This document shows positions 1-8,990 of a DNA stretch of 64,000 bases, piece after piece. The notes below the pieces were generated by a model. It worked only from the letters and a program-made list of their open reading frames with translations, had not been told where the DNA came from and searched no databases. Origin of the DNA: an uncultured SAR86 cluster bacterium (GTDB taxonomy: Bacteria; Pseudomonadota; Gammaproteobacteria; Magnimaribacterales; D2472). A program made the translations under genes and the position numbers. How positions within the stretch are numbered: position 1 is the stretch's first letter; the number at the start of each line of letters is the position of its first letter. The stretch spans positions 5,228-69,227 of the forward strand of contig CAXYEK010000004.1 in assembly GCA_964276235.1 (NCBI GenBank), in the 5' to 3' direction.

Positions 1-2842
1 TTGTTCCTAAACCTGAACCATAGACAACTGCATTTAACCATAATCTATTAGTTCCAAGACTAGACCCTCTAAAATTTGGTTCTCCAGAGAATAATATAAT
101 CTGACCTTTGCCAAATCTTTCTTGAGTTAAATATGCAGAGTTTGCAATTCTTTGGGATGCTTCTGGCCAGACTAAACCACTCATTCTAACGTTGAGATCG
201 TTTCCACTGGGAATATCAGACCAATTTATAGTCCTATAAGTTTTTATATCGTTATTTTTAATTAACTCACCAATTCTTATAACAGGGTTCGAGTTCGAAT
301 CAGACATTAAAACAGGGTAATTTGAGTAAAGAAGGGGTAATGTGTCAATGGTTCCAAAAGTTAACCAATGTTTTTTATCTATCCTTCCTGAAACAAATGC
401 ACCAGATGGCATAAATAATGATTGCCATTTATTACGTTTTTCTAGTTCTTCAACACTAATTCCATCCTCACTTTTTTCCCACGGATAGCTAATATCAAAA
501 TCGACTTTATTATCATTAACTTCATTTACAGAAATTTTAGTGTCTAATGCTAAAAATTCTCTTTGAAGTTTTGTATTGAATTTATGTATAGAATCAAATG
601 AATTACCTATTTCTTCAACACTACTAAATTCGTCTTGTGAAATTATTTTTCTTGTACTTCCGTTATGCGCTATTAACGTACCGCCCTGATTAACCCAATC
701 CTTTAAGACAGACATTTCTCCTTGAGATAAATTTCTGTAACCACTTGGCATAATTAATGTGTTGTATCTACGCAAGTCGGCATAACCAATCATTGAAGAA
801 TCTAATTGGCTGTGCCTGATGCCAAGATGATGATCTAATGACCACCAACTTACACCAACATCATATGAGCTAAATCCACTGTGACTTAGGATTGCTATTT
901 GAGGTTTATTTAATAATCTAAAGTGCCTGCCGCCCCAATCAGGAAGCTCTTCTTCTCCAAATCCAGATTCAAGAGAAACAACAGATGTATTGAGATCTAT
1001 TGCTGTTTCTTTAATTAATGGTATTAAATTGTTAGTGTCAGGGTTATCCATTGCTAAGACAACAACACTTCCTCTAGATAAGAATTTATTAGAAAGATTG
1101 AAATCTTTATCAACAATTCTGACATTTATATTTTGTTCTAATAACCTTGCAGCAAAGGATACAGAAGAGTCATTTTGACCATCAACTGCCCACATTACAG
1201 CTTTTTCATTTACATCAATTTCTACAGGAGAGGGGCCCCATATTTCAAGATTGCTATTTAAATGTTCAGGGACAGTGACTGCATCTAAACCATACATCAT
1301 TGTGAAATTAAAAGCTGTTGTGTCATACATAATTGATGAACCATCTTCTAATGTAGCTTGCCTTTCTTTAACAAGTACCTCTTCATCAATTTCAGCATCA
1401 AATTCAAGAATAGCAGATATTAATGGAGCTTCGGGTTGACGATTAGGGATAATCATACTTCCAGCTGGAATTATAAACCGATCAACTACATCACCAGACT
1501 GTTTTATGACATTCTCAACTTCTATTTGTTTAGTATTTTTATAAATTTCTATATTTTGAGATTTTAGTTTATTTGAGAGGGTGTTTATTCTTGATTTATT
1601 CTTTGTTGGCAATATTACAAACGATTGATTAGCCCACTTGCTTTTATCAGAGACATTTAATTTCCTTGCATTCCAATAGTCTTTATACATTTCGTTACTA
1701 TTGATTAATAAAGTTTTTAGGTTAGATAATGAACTTACAAATTGATGATGAACAGATTCTTTGTATGATTGAATAGTTCCTTCAGGTCTTTTTACACCAT
1801 CCTCTGACATACGAGATTGCTCGTATAAAATACCAAGAGTTCCTCTGAAATTTACATAGAATGAATAGCCTGGATATAAATCTTCATGCCACTCTCCTGT
1901 ATAAAACCGCCAATTTCTTTTATCAAACTCGGAGCCTTGATCTTGTGCAAAGACATTACCCCATTTTAGTAGTTTGCTGCTCATATTTTTATTAATTGGC
2001 TCTCTGGCTGGCCCGGTCATAAATGTATCTTGAGGACCCATTTCATGAGCATCTACTAATATTTGAGGTCTCCATTCATTGATTAGCGACACACGGCCGA
2101 TAGTTTCAGGCTGTGTTAAATAAATCCAATCTCTATTTAGATCAAAATAATAGTGATTTGTTCTACCGTAAGGCCAATCTCCTGTATGAATTAGTGACTG
2201 ATCGTCATAATTTGGAGCTGTGCCTCTGTATTGTTCTAAAGACTTAGTAAATCTATCACGGCCATCAGGATTCATCATCGGATCAACTATAATGACCATA
2301 GAAGCGAGCATGTTTTCAATTTCAGGATCATTACTAGCTATTAAATGATAAATTAAGCCTAAAGCAGCATCTGCACCTGAAGTCTCATTACCATGAATAG
2401 AATATGCCATCCAGGCAATTGCTGGCAGTGATTCAATTAATTTTTTTGCTTTAGAGTCTTTCGTAATTCTTGCATCAGAAAGCATAAGCACATCTTTTTT
2501 AATTTCATCAAGTTTGGTTATATTATCTTCTGATGAAATATAAATTGCATAAAGAGGGCGGTCTTCATGGGATCTAGCATATTCAGTAACTTTTAATTTA
2601 TTTGATTGTTTACTCCACGCTATTATTGCATTTGAAATTTGAGAAGGACTAGCTACACGATCTCCGTAGTTAAAATCAAGAAATTTACTTGGCTTATCAA
2701 TCTGATCGTCATAGTTACCAGTTAAAATATCTTGAGGATATAAATCTTTGGATTCACTGGTTGGCTCCGTAAGAACTGATGCATTAAAATCTAATGCAAA
2801 AATTATCGTCAGTAGTGTTAATGATTTGATGTATTTATTCAT
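1..2842 (-). CDS. Secreted M14-family zinc carboxypeptidase-like protein, large (>946 aa), 3' end cut by window edge
   Basis: Minus-strand frame open from ATG at 2840-2842 to position 2; it is absent from the ORF track because it has no stop in the window. My translation gives N-term MNKYIKSLTLLTIIFALDFNA (signal peptide), then AYSIHGNETSGADAALG, DPMMNPDGRD and YYFDLNRDW, which match M14 Zn-binding and active-site motifs. Codons at 2-58 are still open (..LGTNRLWLNAVVYGFRFRN). Confidence 0.75.
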   Translation of the reverse strand, partial: MNKYIKSLTLLTIIFALDFNASVLTEPTSESKDLYPQDILTGNYDDQIDKPSKFLDFNYGDRVASPSQISNAIIAWSKQSNKLKVTEYARSHEDRPLYAIYISSEDNITKLDEIKKDVLMLSDARITKDSKAKKLIESLPAIAWMAYSIHGNETSGADAALGLIYHLIASNDPEIENMLASMVIIVDPMMNPDGRDRFTKSLEQYRGTAPNYDDQSLIHTGDWPYGRTNHYYFDLNRDWIYLTQPETIGRVSLINEWRPQILVDAHEMGPQDTFMTGPAREPINKNMSSKLLKWGNVFAQDQGSEFDKRNWRFYTGEWHEDLYPGYSFYVNFRGTLGILYEQSRMSEDGVKRPEGTIQSYKESVHHQFVSSLSNLKTLLINSNEMYKDYWNARKLNVSDKSKWANQSFVILPTKNKSRINTLSNKLKSQNIEIYKNTKQIEVENVIKQSGDVVDRFIIPAGSMIIPNRQPEAPLISAILEFDAEIDEEVLVKERQATLEDGSSIMYDTTAFNFTMMYGLDAVTVPEHLNSNLEIWGPSPVEIDVNEKAVMWAVDGQNDSSVSFAARLLEQNINVRIVDKDFNLSNKFLSRGSVVVLAMDNPDTNNLIPLIKETAIDLNTSVVSLESGFGEEELPDWGGRHFRLLNKPQIAILSHSGFSSYDVGVSWWSLDHHLGIRHSQLDSSMIGYADLRRYNTLIMPSGYRNLSQGEMSVLKDWVNQGGTLIAHNGSTRKIISQDEFSSVEEIGNSFDSIHKFNTKLQREFLALDTKISVNEVNDNKVDFDISYPWEKSEDGISVEELEKRNKWQSLFMPSGAFVSGRIDKKHWLTFGTIDTLPLLYSNYPVLMSDSNSNPVIRIGELIKNNDIKTYRTINWSDIPSGNDLNVRMSGLVWPEASQRIANSAYLTQERFGKGQIILFSGEPNFRGSSLGTNRLWLNAVVYGSGLGT

Positions 2843-3016
2843 ATTTTTTTATATTAATTAATAATTAAATTGTTATATAGAAATAGAAGAACAACAAGTA
2901 GTGATTAATATTTATTTTGAATTGATTTATCGCATACAGCTAATAGGCAGTGTATTAACAAAAGACCTAACTATTATTACAATTTCAGTAGAGTAGAAGT
3001 ACTATAATAATATATA

Positions 3017-3044
3017 ACTTCGCATAATATATATTATGTTTAAT
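3017..3044. other. dif: Candidate dif site (XerC/XerD chromosome dimer resolution site)
   Basis: ACTTCGCATAA-TATATA-TTATGTTTAAT compared with E. coli dif GGTGCGCATAA-TGTATA-TTATGTTAAAT gives 23/28 identical. The CGCATAA core of the XerC arm is intact, the XerD arm matches 10/11 and the central region 5/6. It lies mostly in the intergenic gap and overlaps the phoD stop codon by 1 nt. Confidence 0.45.
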
Positions 3045-4645
3045 TATATTGGTTTACTGTGGTTTATTGTGAAGCTATTGGTATCTATTAGTCTATACTG
3101 TTTTGATTTGATACTACTTACATACATGAATCTTGCTTCTATTTGATTAGATTCTATAGATAATTTAACAAAACCCTTACCTGAACCATTAGTCCATTTG
3201 AGATTTTTATTTTGCTTGATAAAGTCTTTATCAATATCTTCAGTTCTGTTTCCAAATATATCAACTGAATTTGGAGACGATATTGAAGGTGCGGCTATCT
3301 CTACACCAATAAAATTTTGCATATCATTGTATAAATTTGATATCCATGAATTATGAGTGTCTCCTGTAAGGACTATACTGGATTGAGATTTAGAGAGAAT
3401 ATTAAATAATTTATTTCTTTCTCTTGGGTAACCATCCCAGGAATCTGTATTGTAAGGGATATCCATTCCACCAATTTTTAAGTATTTATGAAGAAATTCA
3501 GGAAAGGAATTTTTATCAAGTTCAGAAAATATTTTAGGTAATACAGTTGGCGAAATAAGAATTTGTTGCCCAATAACTGACCATTTAAAACTGTTATTAA
3601 TATTTTTATCTAACCATTTAAATTGTTCTTTACCTACTAGATTTCTTTTTTTTTGTAGATCTTTTATATATTGTTTTTTATTAAATGTGTCGCCCTTAAA
3701 ATAATTATCAAGATTTAATTGTTTATCTCTATATATAGATCTTGTATCTAGCATAAATAATTGAAATAAAGTCCCTACTTCAAACTTTCTCCATATTTTT
3801 AATTTAGAATTTGATTCTCTTATTGGCATCCATTCATAATACGCCTTTAATGCATTTGCCTTTCTAGTTGAAAAATATCCCTCATCATATGAATGGTTTT
3901 CTGCTCCATTCTTCCATGAATCATTGGCAAACTCATGATCATCCCAAACTGGAATCATTGGTTTTGATGAATGCAATAATTGAAGGTCTTTATCAGTTTT
4001 ATAAAGCGCGTGACGTTCTCTGTAATCATCCAAGCTAATAATCTCAGTAATTGGATTAACTACCCTATTTAGCTTTTTAGCATCCTCTGTGGCATAACCA
4101 TCTGCGCCGTACTCATATAAATAATCCCCTAAATGTAAAACTAGATCAATATCATCATCAAGAGCTATCTCTCTATATGCGTTAAAAAAACCAGCTGGAT
4201 AATTGGAGCAACTGCAAAAAGCCAAGTTAAATTTATCTGGATTTGAGGTTGGTAAAGTTTTGGTTTTACCAATTGGAGAAAAAATATTATTTACAATAAA
4301 ACGATAATATATAGATTCTGCATTATGATTTAATGGAATTTTTGCATCTATTTTCACAGTAAAATTGTTGAAGCTATGTGATTTAGTTTTCCCGTTGCTA
4401 ATGATATTTGAGAAGTCTTTCTTATTAGACACTTGCCAGTCAACGTCTATTTTTAAATTAGTATCTTTTGTAATTTTGGTCCAAATTATTACTCTATCGT
4501 GGGTTGGATCACCACTTGCAACACCATGTTTAAATGATACTTTTTCATTATTGTCTTGTGATAAAAGTTTGGTATTAAAGACAGATATAAGTCCTAAAAA
4601 TTTAATAAAAGATCTTCTTTTCATAAGAAGAAATATATCATCCAA
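3044..4645 (-). CDS. phoD: Alkaline phosphatase D (PhoD family), Tat-exported
   Basis: 533-aa ORF with PhoD metallophosphatase motifs GVASGDP, HLGDYLYEY, VWDDHEF and LTGDTHNSW. Twin-arginine signal MKRRSFIKFLGL; the likely true start is the ATG at 4624. Confidence 0.9.
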   Translation of the reverse strand: MDDIFLLMKRRSFIKFLGLISVFNTKLLSQDNNEKVSFKHGVASGDPTHDRVIIWTKITKDTNLKIDVDWQVSNKKDFSNIISNGKTKSHSFNNFTVKIDAKIPLNHNAESIYYRFIVNNIFSPIGKTKTLPTSNPDKFNLAFCSCSNYPAGFFNAYREIALDDDIDLVLHLGDYLYEYGADGYATEDAKKLNRVVNPITEIISLDDYRERHALYKTDKDLQLLHSSKPMIPVWDDHEFANDSWKNGAENHSYDEGYFSTRKANALKAYYEWMPIRESNSKLKIWRKFEVGTLFQLFMLDTRSIYRDKQLNLDNYFKGDTFNKKQYIKDLQKKRNLVGKEQFKWLDKNINNSFKWSVIGQQILISPTVLPKIFSELDKNSFPEFLHKYLKIGGMDIPYNTDSWDGYPRERNKLFNILSKSQSSIVLTGDTHNSWISNLYNDMQNFIGVEIAAPSISSPNSVDIFGNRTEDIDKDFIKQNKNLKWTNGSGKGFVKLSIESNQIEARFMYVSSIKSKQYRLIDTNSFTINHSKPI

Positions 4646-4837
4646 CTAGATTTAAATGTTAAATAAAATATGTAAATTTTTTAGGAAGATTGTTTACCAT
4701 TTAGTTATAGTTATTAGAAATACTAAATCTACTTTATTTTAACTTATGGCCTAGAGTTAGATTAGAAGATTCAATACCTGCTGTAACTAATGTCTGTTTG
4801 TGTAATAATTTGTATGACAGTTAATACATATAGTTAT

Positions 4838-6157
4838 ATGAAATACATACATATTTTTTTAGTACTCTTATTCTCCATTCCAGCTTTTAGTAATGATATT
4901 GGTGTGCCTGGCCCAAAAGACTGTTTTTGGTCTAGAGGTCCTCATAGCGCTGATCCTTATATAAATCTTGCATATCCAGATGCTAATGTATTTTATTGGG
5001 CAGCAACATTCACAATGCCTGAGGATGTTGAACTTTATTTAGATGGTGATTTCCCTCTTGCTAGATATATGTCAATTATTAGTTACGATGGTCGTGGAAG
5101 ACCTTTAGAATCTCTTGCAGATTATTTAATTGAACCAGAGAAAGACTCTATAAATCCATTTATAAATTCAAACAGTCGAATTGATAAAAATAGAGCTTAC
5201 AAGATACAAGTTTTAAATAATTCACCTGTTACAGATAGGGAAACAGGAAAAATATCTAAAATATCGTCATATAACACTCTTAATGCACCTTCATACGGTC
5301 CAAATCAGCAATTAATAATATATAGAGTGTATTTACCAGATAATAAAACTGGCCCCCTTGGAGGTGTTAATTTACCACAATTAAAGGTAATTAAAGATGG
5401 GAAAACATACGCTGGAAATGATGCTTGTAAGATTTTAAATGCATCACAGAACCTAGCTATTACAATTGATGCAGCTGGAATTCCTCCAATGATGTATAGA
5501 GAACTAGCGTCTCAGACTGATAAGCCTGAAACTTGGCCGGCAAAAAATCCTCCAGAATGGTACATTCAAATGGATAGACAGAGTCTTATTGGGATCTATA
5601 CAGGAGAGTTTAATAATAATGCTCCAAGAAGCACTGGTGGTTTTTTTCCAAATTTAGATAACCACTATCTTAGAACAATTATTAATAGAAAATATGGCAA
5701 AGTGGTTCTTCTTAAAGCTAAGGCCCCTCTTACACCCAAAACATATAACTCTAATCCTACATATAAACAAAATGAACTTAGATATTGGTCTGTTTGTTCT
5801 AATCAAAGTTTTGGCAATACTAGGGTGAATGATTGTTTATTTGATGAAGAGATTCCTTTAGATAAAAATGGATATTTCACAATCTTTGTAAGCAGATTGA
5901 AAGATAGGCCTAGAAATGCGACAAAAGAATGTGGCTATGCATGGTTGCCTATGGCTGATGATGGAGATGGCGTCTTCGATGAAGATGTATCAATTATTCA
6001 ATTTAGACATATGCTGGCAAGTGATGACTTTTCTAATTCTATTCAAAGTGTTGAAAGTCAAAATGATACAAGAAAAGTTATGAATGAGTATTTTCCTAAA
6101 AGTAGATACTTTATGAAAAATCAAGTTGAAAGCTTTTTTCCCTGCATAACTAACTAA
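4838..6157 (+). CDS. Secreted protein of unknown function
   Basis: ORF track gives 4790..6157. The ATG at 4838 yields a clean signal peptide MKYIHIFLVLLFSIPAFS/NDIG. Long intact frame. The C-terminal segment ELRYWSVCSNQ...DKNGYFTIFVS loosely resembles DUF1214-type proteins (from memory, weak). Divergent from phoD. Confidence 0.7.
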   Translation: MKYIHIFLVLLFSIPAFSNDIGVPGPKDCFWSRGPHSADPYINLAYPDANVFYWAATFTMPEDVELYLDGDFPLARYMSIISYDGRGRPLESLADYLIEPEKDSINPFINSNSRIDKNRAYKIQVLNNSPVTDRETGKISKISSYNTLNAPSYGPNQQLIIYRVYLPDNKTGPLGGVNLPQLKVIKDGKTYAGNDACKILNASQNLAITIDAAGIPPMMYRELASQTDKPETWPAKNPPEWYIQMDRQSLIGIYTGEFNNNAPRSTGGFFPNLDNHYLRTIINRKYGKVVLLKAKAPLTPKTYNSNPTYKQNELRYWSVCSNQSFGNTRVNDCLFDEEIPLDKNGYFTIFVSRLKDRPRNATKECGYAWLPMADDGDGVFDEDVSIIQFRHMLASDDFSNSIQSVESQNDTRKVMNEYFPKSRYFMKNQVESFFPCITN

Positions 6158-6178
6158 CTTACAACTATTTACTAATAA

Positions 6179-7036
6179 ATGAATAAGAAAGTAGAAATTA
6201 TTTTTAACAAAAAAATGGCTTTTTTAGATGAGGGTAAAGGGGAATCATTAGTTTTTATTCATGGGAACCCAACATCGTCCTACCTATGGAGAAACATAGC
6301 TCCTGAGTTCACTGATAATTTCAGAGTGGTAGTTCCAGATCTAATAGGTATGGGAGATTCTGATAAGCTGGATGGAATAGACAATGTTGACTATAACTTT
6401 AATGGGCAATATAAATATCTTGATGCACTTTTATCAAAATTAACATTAGGAGATAAGATACATTTAGTCATTCATGATTGGGGATGTGGTCTCGGTTTAA
6501 AATATGCAAGATTAAATGCTGAAAAGATCAAGTCAATATCCTTTATGGAAGGAATGGTCGTACCTTTAACATGGGAGGAATGGCCAGATGCAGGTACAAA
6601 AATATTCAAACTTTTTCGATCAGAAGTTGGTGAGGAATTAATTCTTGAGAAAAATTATTTTGTAGAGCGAATTCTTTTTAATGATCCGATAAGCGAAATG
6701 TCAAACGAAACCAAAAATGAATATCTCCGTCCCTTTAGTAAATCTGGAGAAGGAAGACGCCCTACTCTTTCATTCCCAAGAAATATACCTTTAGATACTA
6801 AGCCTGATGAAACTTATAACGAAATACTATTAAATGAAAATTTCCATATGGAATCTAATATTCCAAAACTTTTTATTAATGCAGAACCAGGATTTTTATT
6901 GGTTGGAAGTCAAAGAGACAAGATTAGAAAATGGAACAATATTAAAGAAGTAACTGTTAAAGGAAATCATTTTATTCAAGAGGATTCTCCAAAAGCGATA
7001 ACAGAATATCTAAAAGATTTTTATCAGAATTTATAA
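6179..7036 (+). CDS. Haloalkane dehalogenase (alpha/beta hydrolase, DhaA/LinB type)
   Basis: Signature FIHGNPTSSYLWRNIAP, Asp-nucleophile elbow IHDWG, and C-terminal catalytic His context GNHFIQEDSP. Length 285 aa is typical. Confidence 0.88.
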   Translation: MNKKVEIIFNKKMAFLDEGKGESLVFIHGNPTSSYLWRNIAPEFTDNFRVVVPDLIGMGDSDKLDGIDNVDYNFNGQYKYLDALLSKLTLGDKIHLVIHDWGCGLGLKYARLNAEKIKSISFMEGMVVPLTWEEWPDAGTKIFKLFRSEVGEELILEKNYFVERILFNDPISEMSNETKNEYLRPFSKSGEGRRPTLSFPRNIPLDTKPDETYNEILLNENFHMESNIPKLFINAEPGFLLVGSQRDKIRKWNNIKEVTVKGNHFIQEDSPKAITEYLKDFYQNL

Positions 7037-7053
7037 AAAGTAGATAATTAGTA

Positions 7054-7509
7054 TTAAATAGCCTTATGCCCTACCGTGAATCCAGCAGCTTGAATTCCGG
7101 CAATTCCTGCTATTTCGTCCTGGTCTGATCTGTCACCTGTAACACCAATTGAGCCAATATTTTTACCATTCTTTTGAATAATTAATCCACCTGGAGTAGG
7201 CACAAGGTTTCCATCAGCCATTGTCTGCATTCCTGCTATAGCTTTATCAAGCCTTGGCTGGTCTTCAAATATATCTCTTAGTTTGTTAGTTGAGACGCAG
7301 AAAGCTAAACATGTCCAAGCTTTAGCATATGCAATCTTTGCTCTTATAGGTCCTGAGCCGTCTTCAGATAAAGTTGCTCTTATAACGCCAGCAACATCAA
7401 TAACAGTTACAGTTAATGGCATAAAACCCTCGGCACGAGCTTTATTTAAAGTTTCTTGACATATCTTTAATGAATCTTCTAAATTAATTTCACCTGGATT
7501 TTTGATCAT
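7054..7509 (-). CDS. GlcG/HbpS-like (DUF336) haem-binding family protein
   Basis: 151 aa. GGLIIQKNGKNIGSIGVTGDRSDQDEIAGIAG matches the conserved GlcG-family core. Confidence 0.8.
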   Translation of the reverse strand: MIKNPGEINLEDSLKICQETLNKARAEGFMPLTVTVIDVAGVIRATLSEDGSGPIRAKIAYAKAWTCLAFCVSTNKLRDIFEDQPRLDKAIAGMQTMADGNLVPTPGGLIIQKNGKNIGSIGVTGDRSDQDEIAGIAGIQAAGFTVGHKAI

Positions 7510-7714
7510 AAATGGACCTTCATTAGTTCGTTACTATAATTTCTGATATCTATAATAACAAAATCTAACCTAAATGATGTTTACTTAATCAATAATTATT
7601 CCAAGACCTTGTTGCAGATCAATCATAAAATCCTCTGAAGATCTTTTTAATTCGCAATAGTAATCTATAGAGACTTCAGGAAATAGAATGTAATTTAATA
7701 AATGCTTATCATTT

Positions 7715-8986
7715 TTAGTATAAATCATCTAATTCATAATCAATACATTTTTGTTTAAAATTCTTTTTATGTTCTGTAACAGTTAATAAATCTTTATCCT
7801 TCTTCGATGGATAATTTGTCTTTACGAGTTCTTTTAATTCTTTATTAATTTTTCCTTTAACTTTGCCGTATTTACCATTAATTAAATCAACCATTTCATT
7901 TGTTAATGATTCATATCTTTTTGAATTCCTGATATTTAATAAAGCTTGAGTACCAACAATCTGAGATGATGGAGTAACTAATGGAATGTAACCGAGGTCT
8001 TTTCTGATTTTTGGTATCTCATTTATAAGATCGGAAAGTTTTTCTTCCATACCAAGGTCTCTTAGCTGACTTTCAAAATTACTAAGCATTCCACCTGGAA
8101 CCTGATTGGTAAGCATTTTAGTATCAATACCTTTTAAGCTCCCTTCATGATCTGCATATTTAACTCTAATATTTGCAAAATATTCTGATATTTCATTAAG
8201 AAGCTTCATGTCATAGGGATTTTTACTATCTTTATAAATCATGGAGATAAAACTTTCTGTTGCAGTATGACCATATGTCCCACTAAAAGATGATATTGAG
8301 GTATCAATATTATCAACACCTGCTTCAAAAGCTTTTAGATTTGTAGCATCCGACAAGCCAGTTGTCGCATGGGTGTGGAGATAGATTGGTATTTTTAAAT
8401 TCTTTTTCAATAAAGTTATAAGATCAAATGCCTCATAAGGTCTTAACAAACCAGACATATCCTTAATTGCAACTGATGAGGCACCTATATCTTCAATATT
8501 TTTAGCAAGCTTTAACCAATATTTATTGTTATGAATTGGGCTAGTGGTATAGGCAATAGTGCCTTGTGAATGTTTATTATTAGCATTAATAAATCTTATT
8601 GATGATTCAATATTTGTTATATCATTTAACGAATCAAAAGTTCTAAAAATATCTATACCAGATTTTGCTGCATTTTTAATAAAAAGAGAAACTACAGAAT
8701 CATCAAATTTTTTATAGCCTACAATATTTTGTCCTCTCAAAAGCATTTGAAGTTTTGTTTTTTTAAAAGATCTTTTAAAGAGTTTAAGACGATCCCAAGG
8801 ATTCTCATTGAGATATCTTAGACAACAATCATAAGTTGCTCCTCCCCATACCTCTACAGAAGAAAATCCAACTTTATCCATTTTTGGGATAATAGGGAGC
8901 ATGTCACCAACCTTCATTCTAGTTGCCAAAATAGACTGTTGCCCGTCTCTTAAAACAACTTCTGTAATCTTGGTATTAATTTTCAT
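7715..8986 (-). CDS. Oxaloacetate decarboxylase alpha / transcarboxylase 5S-type carboxyltransferase, no biotinyl domain
   Basis: VVLRDGQQSILATRM, AIKDMSGLLRP, LHTHATTGL and VPGGMLSNFESQL are the HMGL-like plus PYC_OADA carboxyltransferase motifs. The ORF is 423 aa with no A-M-K-M biotinylation motif. Confidence 0.8.
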   Translation of the reverse strand: MKINTKITEVVLRDGQQSILATRMKVGDMLPIIPKMDKVGFSSVEVWGGATYDCCLRYLNENPWDRLKLFKRSFKKTKLQMLLRGQNIVGYKKFDDSVVSLFIKNAAKSGIDIFRTFDSLNDITNIESSIRFINANNKHSQGTIAYTTSPIHNNKYWLKLAKNIEDIGASSVAIKDMSGLLRPYEAFDLITLLKKNLKIPIYLHTHATTGLSDATNLKAFEAGVDNIDTSISSFSGTYGHTATESFISMIYKDSKNPYDMKLLNEISEYFANIRVKYADHEGSLKGIDTKMLTNQVPGGMLSNFESQLRDLGMEEKLSDLINEIPKIRKDLGYIPLVTPSSQIVGTQALLNIRNSKRYESLTNEMVDLINGKYGKVKGKINKELKELVKTNYPSKKDKDLLTVTEHKKNFKQKCIDYELDDLY

Positions 8987-8990
8987 TTTT

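Noticed and set aside
4790-4837. N-terminal 16-codon extension (MSVCVIICMTVNTYSY) of the unknown secreted protein
   Set aside because: The ATG at 4838 gives a canonical signal peptide. The extension would bury it and shrink the shared promoter region.
4811-4840. Possible Pho box (CTGTCATACAAATTATTACAC on the minus strand) between phoD and its divergent neighbour
   Set aside because: Only the first 8-bp half-site matches the CTGTCAT-N4-CTGTCAT consensus. The second repeat is poor and the site is ~170 nt from the phoD start, so it is too weak to call as a feature.
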